DNA of 41,845 nt from Bacteroidota bacterium. Its GTDB lineage: Bacteria > Bacteroidota > Rhodothermia > Balneolales > Balneolaceae. The DNA is taken from the NCBI GenBank assembly GCA_009926145.1, contig RFPJ01000001.1, positions 1-41,845 on the forward strand, written 5' to 3'. The translations under genes were made by a program, and so were the position numbers. Numbering within the stretch: position 1 is the first letter of the stretch; each line of letters starts with the position of its first letter. The notes beneath the pieces are model-generated. The model ran no database searches, was not told where the DNA came from, and saw only the letters and a list, made by a program, of their open reading frames with translations. This document shows, in pieces, positions 1-8,676 of this stretch.

Positions 1-198
1 ACTCCAAAATATCGTACCATACTCGATTCGTAAGCTAGCAATACTGTCTAACATAACCACAAATACACTTGTGGCTATGGCAATAATGAGTATTACATCG
101 AATAATTTGCCTAGATACGTATCGGAGCCATATATAATAATGTGTAGACGTCTCCGGATACCTTCTTTTTCAGGTATGTTCTCTAAATTAGGCTTCAT
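1..198 (-). CDS. Ion-transport (voltage-gated K+/cation channel-like) protein; only the N-terminal 66 codons, since the gene runs off the left window edge
   Basis: Not in the ORF track because there is no stop in the window. My translation of the minus strand from ATG 198-196 is [66 protein letters not shown], open to position 1. A basic cytoplasmic stretch followed by a hydrophobic S1-like helix is the usual N-terminus of bacterial Ion_trans-family channels. The start overlaps the cyclophilin stop (188-190) by 11 nt. Confidence 0.55.
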   Translation of the reverse strand, partial: MKPNLENIPEKEGIRRRLHIIIYGSDTYLGKLFDVILIIAIATSVFVVMLDSIASLRIEYGTIFWS

Positions 199-691
199 CC
201 AATACTTCGTTCCAAAACTGCACTTCTTTTACTTCTTTTAGAAGGGTTTCGATGTCACCGTGCAGTTCAATCGATTCAATAGTGTCGCCTTGTACGATGC
301 TATCTACAACTTCTTGATCCTTGTCACTAACCACTTTACCAAAGATGGAATGCCTGTCATCTAACCAGGGGGTTGGTACATGAGTGATGAAAAATTGACT
401 TCCGTTGGTGCCAGGGCCAGCGTTTGCCATAGATAAGTACCCTGGAGCGTCGTGACGTAATTCCTGATCAAATTCATCCTCAAACCGATATCCAGGTCCA
501 CCTACACCTGTACCTAATGGACAACCTCCTTGAATCATAAAATCAGATATAACACGATGAAATTTCAGTCCGTTGTAGAAGCCTCTGTTGGCTAAATTAA
601 CAAAGTTTGCTACCGTTTTAGGGGTTTTATCTGGAAATAAATCAATGCTAATGGTTCCTTTAGAAGTGTGAATTTGAGCTTGAATAGACAT
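188..691 (-). CDS. ppiB: Cyclophilin-type peptidyl-prolyl cis-trans isomerase (cytoplasmic)
   Basis: 167-aa ORF with ATG start. Cyclophilin signatures [26 protein letters not shown] and [17 protein letters not shown]. No signal peptide. Confidence 0.95.
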   Translation of the reverse strand: MSIQAQIHTSKGTISIDLFPDKTPKTVANFVNLANRGFYNGLKFHRVISDFMIQGGCPLGTGVGGPGYRFEDEFDQELRHDAPGYLSMANAGPGTNGSQFFITHVPTPWLDDRHSIFGKVVSDKDQEVVDSIVQGDTIESIELHGDIETLLKEVKEVQFWNEVLDEA

Positions 692-708
692 GCTTACAGT
701 AATTACAG

Positions 709-1380
709 TTATTGGGTAAAGAGATATGAAATTTTTGCAATCAAATATAAAGAGTCAATACCGGGATTTTCTTTTCCTGTTTGAGCATTCGATATATGAT
801 GATATGAGGTGCCTAAAGATAGAATATACTTAGAATCTAGGACTTGTTTCAGGGACACTTGTCCCTCGAATGTAAAGTTCAGCCTTCGTCCCTTGTCTGT
901 TGGGAAATGACTAGATACATAGGCGAAGCCTCCATAAAATGCTGTTTCGAGATAGGTGCTCTTATTTAGGCTTTTATATTTCACCAAACCCAATGGATCA
1001 AAAGCCCATCCATGTACGGTATCTAATCGGCCGCCTTGATCTCTCTTGGAGTAGTGATAGCTGAGATACGGATGCCATCGCACACTGTATAAAAAGTCGG
1101 TATTGATTAGACGAATCCGGTTCGAAAAAACCATTCCTAAAGAATATCGATGAGAGGATGAGTTGGGTGTTTTACCAAGGAATACATATGAGGTCGGTGA
1201 ATACTGAGTTTGAACCATAATTTCTCGAATCACTGAACCTGTCTCATTAGAGTCTACAGACGCTATTGAATAGTTATCAGAAGCAAGTAGACTCCCTGAT
1301 GAAATCCCCAAGCAAAGGATGAAGAGTGTACGAATAAAACAGAATTGGTAGGTTGTATTCACAACGTAATAGGGTAACAA
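709..1380 (-). CDS. Outer-membrane barrel of the PagL / acyloxyacyl-hydrolase (lipid A deacylase-like) family
   Basis: 223-aa ORF. The longest form starts at TTG 1380, and there is no in-frame ATG ahead of the signal-like segment [14 protein letters not shown]. Beta-strand-like alternating pattern. The C-terminal [17 protein letters not shown] matches the His-x-Ser-Asn catalytic motif region of PagL-type barrels. The exact start is uncertain. Confidence 0.55.
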   Translation of the reverse strand: MLPYYVVNTTYQFCFIRTLFILCLGISSGSLLASDNYSIASVDSNETGSVIREIMVQTQYSPTSYVFLGKTPNSSSHRYSLGMVFSNRIRLINTDFLYSVRWHPYLSYHYSKRDQGGRLDTVHGWAFDPLGLVKYKSLNKSTYLETAFYGGFAYVSSHFPTDKGRRLNFTFEGQVSLKQVLDSKYILSLGTSYHHISNAQTGKENPGIDSLYLIAKISYLFTQ

Positions 1381-1404
1381 TTCAAAAAGAGAAGAAAGGT
1401 AGGA

Positions 1405-2262
1405 CTAATTACCCTTTAATTGAAATACCCTATGAATGGCAAATCCCATGCGAATATCACCATTGAAAAATTGATCCTGAGTAAAGGCGATAAGATATTG
1501 TTCACTGAAGTGATAACCCGATTGCAAGAATAATTGAAAAACATGCCCCCCGGTCTCAATTTCATAACTTAATGCCAGGTGTTTGGTATCATTCTCCATG
1601 TTGGTATACCCCACATATTCAAAGGACAATGATTGTCTTTCATTTAGTTTTAGTCGACCAGAAACAATGGCACTAAAAATAGTATGTGAAATTATTTCAC
1701 GATCATCGGCCAGTAAAGTATTAAAGTGAAGAACGGACGGACTGAATTGAATGGATACTCTATCATAAAATTGCCTTGCAAATAAGAGACTGTTATAGAA
1801 ACTTAGTCGTTCTTGAAAGGTATAATCAAATCTTCTTTCTGGTAAAGTTTCAATGGCTAGGTTGCCGTAGACTCCTATTGAATACAATTGCTTCTTTCCA
1901 TTATTCTGACGTAATGGTACCCATTTATATCTCAAGTCAAAAACATCTCTAACGCTGGTTCGGCCAATTCCAATACTGATGGCATCCGAAAGTCCATAGT
2001 CTAAACCAAGATGGACAGCTGCATTATTATCCAATCCGAATAAATCGCTCCAACCACTGCGAATAGGACCAAATGAATGTGAAATGATACTTTGAAGTTC
2101 ACCAGCGGGAGTAAGTTGAACGGTCTGAGTTCCGACAAGGGTACTGGTTAAAAAGATTTCTGTATCCGGTAGGCTAGAGCCTACTCTTGTTCGTTCCATC
2201 TGTGCATATACAGATGTGTTGATTAAAAAGAGGAGGAGGACAAGGCTGGTTTTGTGTAGCAT
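1405..2262 (-). CDS. Secreted beta-rich protein, probable outer-membrane barrel (DUF5777-like)
   Basis: The ORF track gives 1405-2355, but that extension overlaps the upstream gene by 92 nt. ATG at 2262 gives a clean signal peptide (MLHKTSLVLLLFLINTSVYAQ) 1 nt after the YceI stop. The mature part (SHSFGPIRSGWSDLFGLDNNAAVHLGLDYGLSDAISIGIGRTS...) resembles uncharacterised Bacteroidota barrel proteins. The family call is from memory only. Confidence 0.55.
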   Translation of the reverse strand: MLHKTSLVLLLFLINTSVYAQMERTRVGSSLPDTEIFLTSTLVGTQTVQLTPAGELQSIISHSFGPIRSGWSDLFGLDNNAAVHLGLDYGLSDAISIGIGRTSVRDVFDLRYKWVPLRQNNGKKQLYSIGVYGNLAIETLPERRFDYTFQERLSFYNSLLFARQFYDRVSIQFSPSVLHFNTLLADDREIISHTIFSAIVSGRLKLNERQSLSFEYVGYTNMENDTKHLALSYEIETGGHVFQLFLQSGYHFSEQYLIAFTQDQFFNGDIRMGFAIHRVFQLKGN

Positions 2263-2263
2263 T

Positions 2264-2878
2264 TTATTCCTTATAGAGAAGAATATCGATAGCAATTTTT
2301 TGTATGGGATCAACTTTGACGATGAGTAATGAAGGTGGGGTAATTCCGTAATCATCTAAGGTTATCTCAAATTCTGATTTCAAACGATAATTGTCTTGCT
2401 CAGGAATAAGTTCACCATTCACAGTGATTTCCCTCTTTTGACCATGAATACTAAATATACCTTTAGCGGTTACCTTTTGAACATCAGCGCTATTCACATC
2501 AATGCTATCTGTTAATGTACCATAAAATTCGGCAAAGGGATATTGAGCGGTGTTCAAAGTAAGGCGCATATCTTTATCTCTTTTTTTAATTCCGCTGTCC
2601 AGCGTTTCAAGGTCTAAATAAAAATCAACTGTTAGATGATCACGATCTATTTTACCCGTAAGATAGGTGCTTGTACCCGTGAATTCATACAAAGGAACAC
2701 TTGAGGTAAACGAAGCTCGTCCCTCATCAGAATAAAAAGATTGTGCTTCTGAAACATAGGGAAGGAACAACCATAGGTAACACAGCACAACCTTTGGGCT
2801 GAAGGTGAAAAATATCCTTAATTGCGGTAATTGGAAGTGTAGGTATTGTTTGTCCTTAATTATCATTGGCACCTTCAT
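2264..2878 (-). CDS. YceI-family (polyisoprenoid/lipid-binding, lipocalin-like) periplasmic protein
   Basis: 204 aa with a hydrophobic N-terminus ending VSEAQS. YceI-like core: ASFTSSVPLYEFTGTS, then DLETLDSGIKKRDKDMR (the conserved D-S-G-x-x-x-R-D region). ATG at 2878 or 2866 overlaps the upstream cytochrome gene by 23 or 11 nt. Confidence 0.75.
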   Translation of the reverse strand: MKVPMIIKDKQYLHFQLPQLRIFFTFSPKVVLCYLWLFLPYVSEAQSFYSDEGRASFTSSVPLYEFTGTSTYLTGKIDRDHLTVDFYLDLETLDSGIKKRDKDMRLTLNTAQYPFAEFYGTLTDSIDVNSADVQKVTAKGIFSIHGQKREITVNGELIPEQDNYRLKSEFEITLDDYGITPPSLLIVKVDPIQKIAIDILLYKE

Positions 2879-3260
2879 TAATCCATGCTTTTATCGCTTC
2901 GATTTCATCCCCTGTTAGATAAGGGCCACCAATAGGCATTTGCGGGATCTGTTTTTGAGGACTGGAGGTTAAAACGTCATATAAACCACTAGCAGTGGCT
3001 GAACCTGGAACCACTATTTGGTTATTCCATTTATTGCCAACGCTAGCCATAAGCGATGGGTAATCATTTAATGCAACACCCGCTTGAGTGCCATGACAAC
3101 TTACGCAATACTGATTCAGTATAGGTTGAATAGCTTTACTATACGAGACGTCTTGTTGTGTTATCCCACTAAGCTCTTCTACGTTTGTCATACAACCTGT
3201 AACAGAGTATACAAGTAAAAGTAACAAGATTGCTAAACTTGGAAATAATCCAAATTTCAT
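2856..3260 (-). CDS. Small mono-haem c-type cytochrome lipoprotein (PSCyt1-like domain)
   Basis: The ORF track starts at GTG 3287. ATG at 3260 gives a lipoprotein signal, MKFGLFPSLAILLLLLVYSVTGC. Single haem-c motif CVSCH. The downstream pattern VVPGSATASGLY...MPIGGPYLTGDEIEAIKAWINEGA resembles the planctomycete-type cytochrome c (PSCyt1) domain. Confidence 0.7.
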   Translation of the reverse strand: MKFGLFPSLAILLLLLVYSVTGCMTNVEELSGITQQDVSYSKAIQPILNQYCVSCHGTQAGVALNDYPSLMASVGNKWNNQIVVPGSATASGLYDVLTSSPQKQIPQMPIGGPYLTGDEIEAIKAWINEGANDN

Positions 3261-3314
3261 TGGTTTTGTTTTAATAAGTTTAGTCACGTTAATATGTAAT
3301 TTATACTATTTCCG

Positions 3315-3875
3315 ATGAACAAGGAATCCGCACACGAACTCTTATCACAATACATTAAATCAAATTCTCTGATAAATCATTCGAAAATGGTAGCATTTGC
3401 CATGGAATCGTATGCTTTATCGAAAAATATGGATGTCGAAACTACTCATAAATGGTGGCTTACGGGTCTATTGCACGATTTAGATTGGGAACAGTTTCCA
3501 GATGAACATCCCAGTTATGCTGTTAATGTCCTCCTGCCAAATTATGAGATTGGTGAAGATATTTTGCACGCCATTTTATCGCATGCTCCTGCTAGAACAG
3601 GAGTTCATCCTACATCGGAATTAGATCGTTATCTTTTTGCCTGTGATGAACTATCAGGATTTATTCATGCTGTATCACTCATGCGACCAACCGCTTATGA
3701 TGGAATGAAAGTAAAATCGGTTACTAAAAAGTTGAAAACCTTAAATTTCGCTGCTAATGTATCCCGAGAAGACATACATGAGGGAGTTCGCTTAATCGAT
3801 ACATCGTTACAGGATCATATACAATATCTTATAACCGTATTTCAACAAAAGAAATTAGAAGGATTAATTGATTAG
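3315..3875 (+). CDS. HD-superfamily metal-dependent phosphohydrolase
   Basis: 186 aa. His at HSKMVA, then GLLHDLDWE (the HD doublet), then HAILSH and CDELSGF. This layout is typical of small stand-alone HD-domain hydrolases. Confidence 0.7.
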   Translation: MNKESAHELLSQYIKSNSLINHSKMVAFAMESYALSKNMDVETTHKWWLTGLLHDLDWEQFPDEHPSYAVNVLLPNYEIGEDILHAILSHAPARTGVHPTSELDRYLFACDELSGFIHAVSLMRPTAYDGMKVKSVTKKLKTLNFAANVSREDIHEGVRLIDTSLQDHIQYLITVFQQKKLEGLID

Positions 3876-3905
3876 ATTCCTAAGTCATCTATTTACTCTA
3901 AACTA

Positions 3906-4952
3906 ATGCGATATAACTTCCTCATACTGGTTGCCTTTGTCTTTGGGTTTTTAGCTACAAACATCCCTCGCAATTATCTATTACATTCACCACAGTATGT
4001 TAAAAATCACTTCCCAACCGAGCTGAAAGAAGTGTCACTATTTTTAAAAGAATCGGTTGATTTTGGGTTTATATATGAAGAATTGGCCAAAAAAAATGTC
4101 CATATGGACCGAGATATATTCGATTGGGCCTTACATCTTTCAGGTTGGAAGAGTGTTCCACGGGGACATTATACATTTGATACTGAATTAGGTTTAGAGG
4201 AACAATTCAATAAATTAGGCAGAGGACTTCAAGACCCCATCACCCTAACTATTTTACCCGGATTAGAAAAAAATGCTCTATTCACATCTCTTGTGGCTCA
4301 AACCATTCATGAGGTGGGTGATTTTAAACAAACGCTACGAGATTATGAATTTTTAGAAGACCAGGGAACCGATAGTAGCATGGTCTTAGGTATGCTTAGT
4401 CCAGAATCATATGAGATATACTGGACATCAACCCCTAAACAAATTATATCACGATTAATACAAGAACGGGTTCGACAAAAGAATGAACTATATTCACGCA
4501 TTGAAAACCCAAAGTATTCATGGAAGGATTATATCATTATGGCATCCATTATTGAATGGGAATACAAATTTGAGGAGGAGAAACAACGTATTAGTGGTTT
4601 ATATTGGAATAGAATAGAGCAAAGGATGAGACTTCAAGCCGATCCAACGGTGAATTTTGCACTAGGTGAGCGTCGCCGATTGTTATATCGGGATTATTCC
4701 TTTGAGCATCCATACAATACCTACATACATAGAGGTTTACCGCCGGGCCCAATTACCAATCCATCCTATTCTAGTATACTGGCAGCGATGACTCCTGAGA
4801 AGCACAATTATTTATACATGGTAGCCAATCCTGAAGGCACTCACACCTTTAGTACTAATTATACAGATCATCAAAAGGCAGCTAAGCTATGGCAGGATTG
4901 GATTCAAGAACAATACCGGATAAAAAGACGTAATGATCTTAATGGTGAGTAA
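3906..4952 (+). CDS. mltG: Endolytic murein transglycosylase MltG (YceG-like)
   Basis: 348 aa with an N-terminal membrane anchor (FLILVAFVFGFLATNI). YceG motifs: ASIIEWE, LQADPTVNFALG, YNTYIHRGLPPGPITNPS, YLYMVANPEGTHTFS. Confidence 0.9.
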   Translation: MRYNFLILVAFVFGFLATNIPRNYLLHSPQYVKNHFPTELKEVSLFLKESVDFGFIYEELAKKNVHMDRDIFDWALHLSGWKSVPRGHYTFDTELGLEEQFNKLGRGLQDPITLTILPGLEKNALFTSLVAQTIHEVGDFKQTLRDYEFLEDQGTDSSMVLGMLSPESYEIYWTSTPKQIISRLIQERVRQKNELYSRIENPKYSWKDYIIMASIIEWEYKFEEEKQRISGLYWNRIEQRMRLQADPTVNFALGERRRLLYRDYSFEHPYNTYIHRGLPPGPITNPSYSSILAAMTPEKHNYLYMVANPEGTHTFSTNYTDHQKAAKLWQDWIQEQYRIKRRNDLNGE

Positions 4953-4967
4953 GTAATCTACTATAAG

Positions 4968-6722
4968 CTATTCTCGTAATTCATTCTTGTCATTTACAGC
5001 AGGTATCGTTCTAATGAATGAACGTCTATTGATGTGACTATTACGGAAGTCGATCATAAATGCTTTCCCACGATAGGGAGATCGTTCTTTTAAATAACCA
5101 ACAAGTGAAGTGGGATTCTTTATTTTATATAGATTCTGAAGTATATAATCTCCAGCATCATATCCTATAAAGCTGAAATTATTGGGGGGGGTACCAAAAC
5201 GTTGTTCATATTGATCTGAGAATGCTTTGATTTCAGATGCTGATGTGTCCACTGAAAAACCTTGAGTATAATGAATAGAGGTATAAGGTAGTCGTTGAGT
5301 GTTTATACTAGCGCCACCCCATTCCTCTGAACCTAATATATCTATGGTACTCTGCATGGCTTCTAAATCCGTTACGAGAGATTCAATCAGCGTTTGAGCT
5401 ATGGTACCAGTAAAGGGTGCATAAACGGCGTCAATTATGGTTACACTATCTAATGTATCTGTAGAAAAATATTGTGTGTAGTCAGTGATTCCATATCCAT
5501 TTACTTCTAAATTTTCGATGAAATCATACGCTACAAAAGCACCTAATCGTTCGGCTGTACGTATAAATGAATGAGCTGCAGGAGCCCCAAGTGTTCCTTT
5601 TTCCGCGAGTACTCCTAAGGTGTCGAAGCCTAGCTCTTCAACGGCAAATCGTGCCATTTGTGCGCCTTGCCCACTAAAACTCGGATTTATTTGAAAGGTG
5701 AAATTATTGTGTAAATCTAAGCTATCTGCATTCGCTAAAGGTAGAAAAAGTGGAATACCATATTCTTCTGCTAAAACAGAGTAGTAGGGAGCTTCATTCG
5801 AAAATAAAGGCCCAATTATGACATCTACCTGATGTTCTAAGACCAACTTGGTAAATTGTTCGTGAGCGTAGTGTAGTTGCGTTTCTTCAGTTGATTTTAC
5901 GCTATTCGAATCCATTGAATTCTCAAAAAATAGAAAGGCTTTAGAATCACTCGTATTACTGTTAAAAGATTCTACTGACCAAAAAATACCTTGATATATT
6001 TCACGAACAATATCATATCGAGGATCTTGAGCATCGAATACAGGGAGTAAAACACCTATTCTATAATGATGACCATGAGGGGCCACACTCTGTCTTTGAG
6101 AAGAATAACGACTACGATATTGAACTGGATTAGAAAGCTGGCGCTCTATTCTGGATAAAGCTAGGGGTGTATTTTTGGATTCTTGATCGTATAGAGTTAG
6201 TAATTCGCTATAGGCACGTTGAGCGGTAGAATAGGGTATGTAATACATTAAAGATTCCAATAAAACGGTCTTCAATGCTAAGGAATGTGTGTGAATATAG
6301 AGTTCGTAAGCCTCGGAAGGGCGAATGTACTGGGTAACTAGCTGTATTTCGTCCTTTGCTCTTTGAAGTACATCGGCTGAAGGGTTGCTATCGATGATTG
6401 ATTGCCCTAACTCTAGAGATGCCAGGTAATTCTTTTGAAAAAAATGAATTCTCATGAGTAGAAACTGCGCCTCTAACATCCATTGGTCATTATTAATGGA
6501 TTCTAATAACCATTTAGCTCTCTCATATTGTCCTGAGCGGATTAATGAACCTGCAACATAATATTGCTCTTCAGCCTGTACGCTTGCTGAATAATCTGCA
6601 ATAATCAGGCTATCTTGTCTGGTTTGGAATAACTCAGAAACTGTACTGGTTTGTTGAGCACCAACAAGTGAGTAAAGTAATAAGGCCGTAACTAGGCTAG
6701 TGAACTGCTTCAATAAAGCCAT
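4968..6722 (-). CDS. Secreted protein with a TPR-like N-terminal region plus a type-I periplasmic-binding fold (LivJ/LpoA-like architecture)
   Basis: 584 aa with signal peptide MALLKQFTSLVTALLLYSLVGAQQ. About 170 aa of helical repeats (YYVAGSLIRSGQYERAKWLLESI; FFQKNYLASLELGQSII). From YRIGVLLPVF onward there is a Leu/Ile/Val-binding-protein-like pattern (VDVIIGPLFS, LGVLAEKGTLG). Starts 3 nt after the guaA stop. Confidence 0.5.
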   Translation of the reverse strand: MALLKQFTSLVTALLLYSLVGAQQTSTVSELFQTRQDSLIIADYSASVQAEEQYYVAGSLIRSGQYERAKWLLESINNDQWMLEAQFLLMRIHFFQKNYLASLELGQSIIDSNPSADVLQRAKDEIQLVTQYIRPSEAYELYIHTHSLALKTVLLESLMYYIPYSTAQRAYSELLTLYDQESKNTPLALSRIERQLSNPVQYRSRYSSQRQSVAPHGHHYRIGVLLPVFDAQDPRYDIVREIYQGIFWSVESFNSNTSDSKAFLFFENSMDSNSVKSTEETQLHYAHEQFTKLVLEHQVDVIIGPLFSNEAPYYSVLAEEYGIPLFLPLANADSLDLHNNFTFQINPSFSGQGAQMARFAVEELGFDTLGVLAEKGTLGAPAAHSFIRTAERLGAFVAYDFIENLEVNGYGITDYTQYFSTDTLDSVTIIDAVYAPFTGTIAQTLIESLVTDLEAMQSTIDILGSEEWGGASINTQRLPYTSIHYTQGFSVDTSASEIKAFSDQYEQRFGTPPNNFSFIGYDAGDYILQNLYKIKNPTSLVGYLKERSPYRGKAFMIDFRNSHINRRSFIRTIPAVNDKNELRE

Positions 6723-6725
6723 TTT

Positions 6726-8273
6726 TTATTCCCATTCGATCGTTGCTGGTGGTTTAGAGCTAATATCATAAACCACACGGTTAACCCCTTTAACCTGATT
6801 GATAATTTGATTGGATACTTCCGCTAAAAATGAATAGGGTAGGTGTGCCCAATCGGCCGTCATACCATCCGTAGATGTAACAGCACGCAAGGCAATGGTA
6901 TATTCGTAGGTTCGTTCATCACCCATTACCCCTACACTTTGAACCGGTAGCAACACGGCTAATGCTTGCCATGCCTGATCGTATAAATCATGCTCTCGTA
7001 ATGCATGGATAAATATAGCGTCTGCCTCTCGTAGAATGGTCAACTTTTCTTTACTTAATTCACCGAGTACACGTATTCCTAATCCGGGTCCAGGGAAAGG
7101 ATGTCGATCTATGAAATGATCCGGAATACCTAATGCTCTACCAACCACCCTTACTTCATCTTTAAAAAGTTCTCTAACGGGCTCAATAAGGCTCATCTTC
7201 ATTTTTTCTGGAAGTCCGCCTACATTATGATGTGATTTGATAGTAGCCGATGGGCCTTTAAACGATACACTTTCAATGACGTCAGGATAGAGTGTTCCTT
7301 GAGCTAAATACTTAAACTGGTCTAGATGGCCAACTTCTTGCTCGAAAACATCTATAAACGTTTTACCAATAATTTTTCTCTTTTCCTCAGGATCTCCTAC
7401 ACCCTCAAGGCGCGTTAGAAATAGCTCAGAAGCGTCTACACCTTTTACAGGCAAATGTAATTCATCGGTATAAAGTTTAAGTACTTGACTAAATTCATCC
7501 TTACGTAATAAACCATTATCTACAAAAACGCACAGTAACTGCTCGCCAATCGCTTTGTGAAGTAGGGTAGCCACAACTGTAGAGTCAACACCTCCAGAAA
7601 GAGCGCATAATACACGGTCATTACCCACCTGTTGTTGTATGGCCTCTATTTGTTCGTCAATAAAGGAAGAAGCGGTCCAATCGCCATTCAACCCGCAAAT
7701 CGACAATGCAAAATTGGATAGTATTTGCTTCCCATACTCTGTGTGAGCAACTTCTGGGTGAAATTGCACACCGTATATTCGTTCTGATGTATTTCTGACA
7801 GCTGCTACAGGTGCTGTTTTGGTATGTGCTATAATTTCAAAACTCGGATCTAACTGTTCAATATGATCACCATGCGACATCCAAACAACGGAATCTTGAG
7901 GAATACCTTTTAGAAGGTCATCATCGTGATCAATGATCAAATGAGCTCTCCCATATTCACGTTTTTCTCCTCTTGAAACCGATCCAGGGCAAGCTACATG
8001 AGAAAGCAACTGTAACCCATAACAGATCCCCAAAATTGGTACATGGAATTCTTTTATCTCGGGTTGAAATGAAGGTGCCTCATTATCATTAACACTCATC
8101 GGCCCACCGGACAAAATGATACCATTGGGCTGGTGGCCTTTAAAGCTACTTAAATCCACATTGAAGGGATGAATCTCACAATAAATGTTGAGTTCTCGTA
8201 AACGTCTAGCTATAAGCTGGGTAAGCTGAGAGCCATAATCTAAGATGAGAATCCATTCGTGATGACGGCTCAT
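6726..8273 (-). CDS. guaA: GMP synthase (glutamine-hydrolysing)
   Basis: 515 aa. GATase catalytic region [11 protein letters not shown] and HPEV. ATP-pyrophosphatase P-loop SGGVDSTV. C-terminal dimerisation domain ending PPATIEWE. Confidence 0.97.
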   Translation of the reverse strand: MSRHHEWILILDYGSQLTQLIARRLRELNIYCEIHPFNVDLSSFKGHQPNGIILSGGPMSVNDNEAPSFQPEIKEFHVPILGICYGLQLLSHVACPGSVSRGEKREYGRAHLIIDHDDDLLKGIPQDSVVWMSHGDHIEQLDPSFEIIAHTKTAPVAAVRNTSERIYGVQFHPEVAHTEYGKQILSNFALSICGLNGDWTASSFIDEQIEAIQQQVGNDRVLCALSGGVDSTVVATLLHKAIGEQLLCVFVDNGLLRKDEFSQVLKLYTDELHLPVKGVDASELFLTRLEGVGDPEEKRKIIGKTFIDVFEQEVGHLDQFKYLAQGTLYPDVIESVSFKGPSATIKSHHNVGGLPEKMKMSLIEPVRELFKDEVRVVGRALGIPDHFIDRHPFPGPGLGIRVLGELSKEKLTILREADAIFIHALREHDLYDQAWQALAVLLPVQSVGVMGDERTYEYTIALRAVTSTDGMTADWAHLPYSFLAEVSNQIINQVKGVNRVVYDISSKPPATIEWE

Positions 8274-8278
8274 GAAAA

Positions 8279-8656
8279 TTAAATTAAATCTTGATAGGAT
8301 TCTGCTGATAGTAGATCATCTTTTTGTGAGGCGTCGGTAATTTTGATTTTAATCATCCAGCCATCACCATAAGGATCGTCATTCACTAATTCGGGTTCAT
8401 CATCTAATTTATCATTCACTTCTATGATTTCACCATCCATAGGAGCATAGAGATCTGATACGGTTTTAACAGCCTCTACGGTGCCAAAAGTATCGTCTTT
8501 TACACATTCATCACCAACATCGTTTAATTCCACAAATACAATATCTCCTAGTTCACTTTGGGCAAAATCGGTAATGCCAATAGTTGCCGTATTGTCGTCA
8601 TGAATATGGATCCATTCGTGGTCTTTAGTATAGAGTAAATGGGTTGGTGTACTCAT
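8279..8656 (-). CDS. gcvH: Glycine cleavage system protein H (lipoyl carrier)
   Basis: 125 aa. Contains [25 protein letters not shown] and the lipoyl-lysine motif [13 protein letters not shown]. Confidence 0.95.
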   Translation of the reverse strand: MSTPTHLLYTKDHEWIHIHDDNTATIGITDFAQSELGDIVFVELNDVGDECVKDDTFGTVEAVKTVSDLYAPMDGEIIEVNDKLDDEPELVNDDPYGDGWMIKIKITDASQKDDLLSAESYQDLI

Positions 8657-8676
8657 AGTGTAAATTGAAAGTTAGA

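Noticed and set aside
1405-2355. Longest-ORF N-terminal extensions: 1405-2355, 2856-3287, 24305-25228, 25963-26445 and 36703-38718.
   Set aside because: The extensions start at non-ATG codons or overlap neighbouring genes. Internal ATGs give canonical signal peptides or conserved N-termini, so I used the shorter coordinates.
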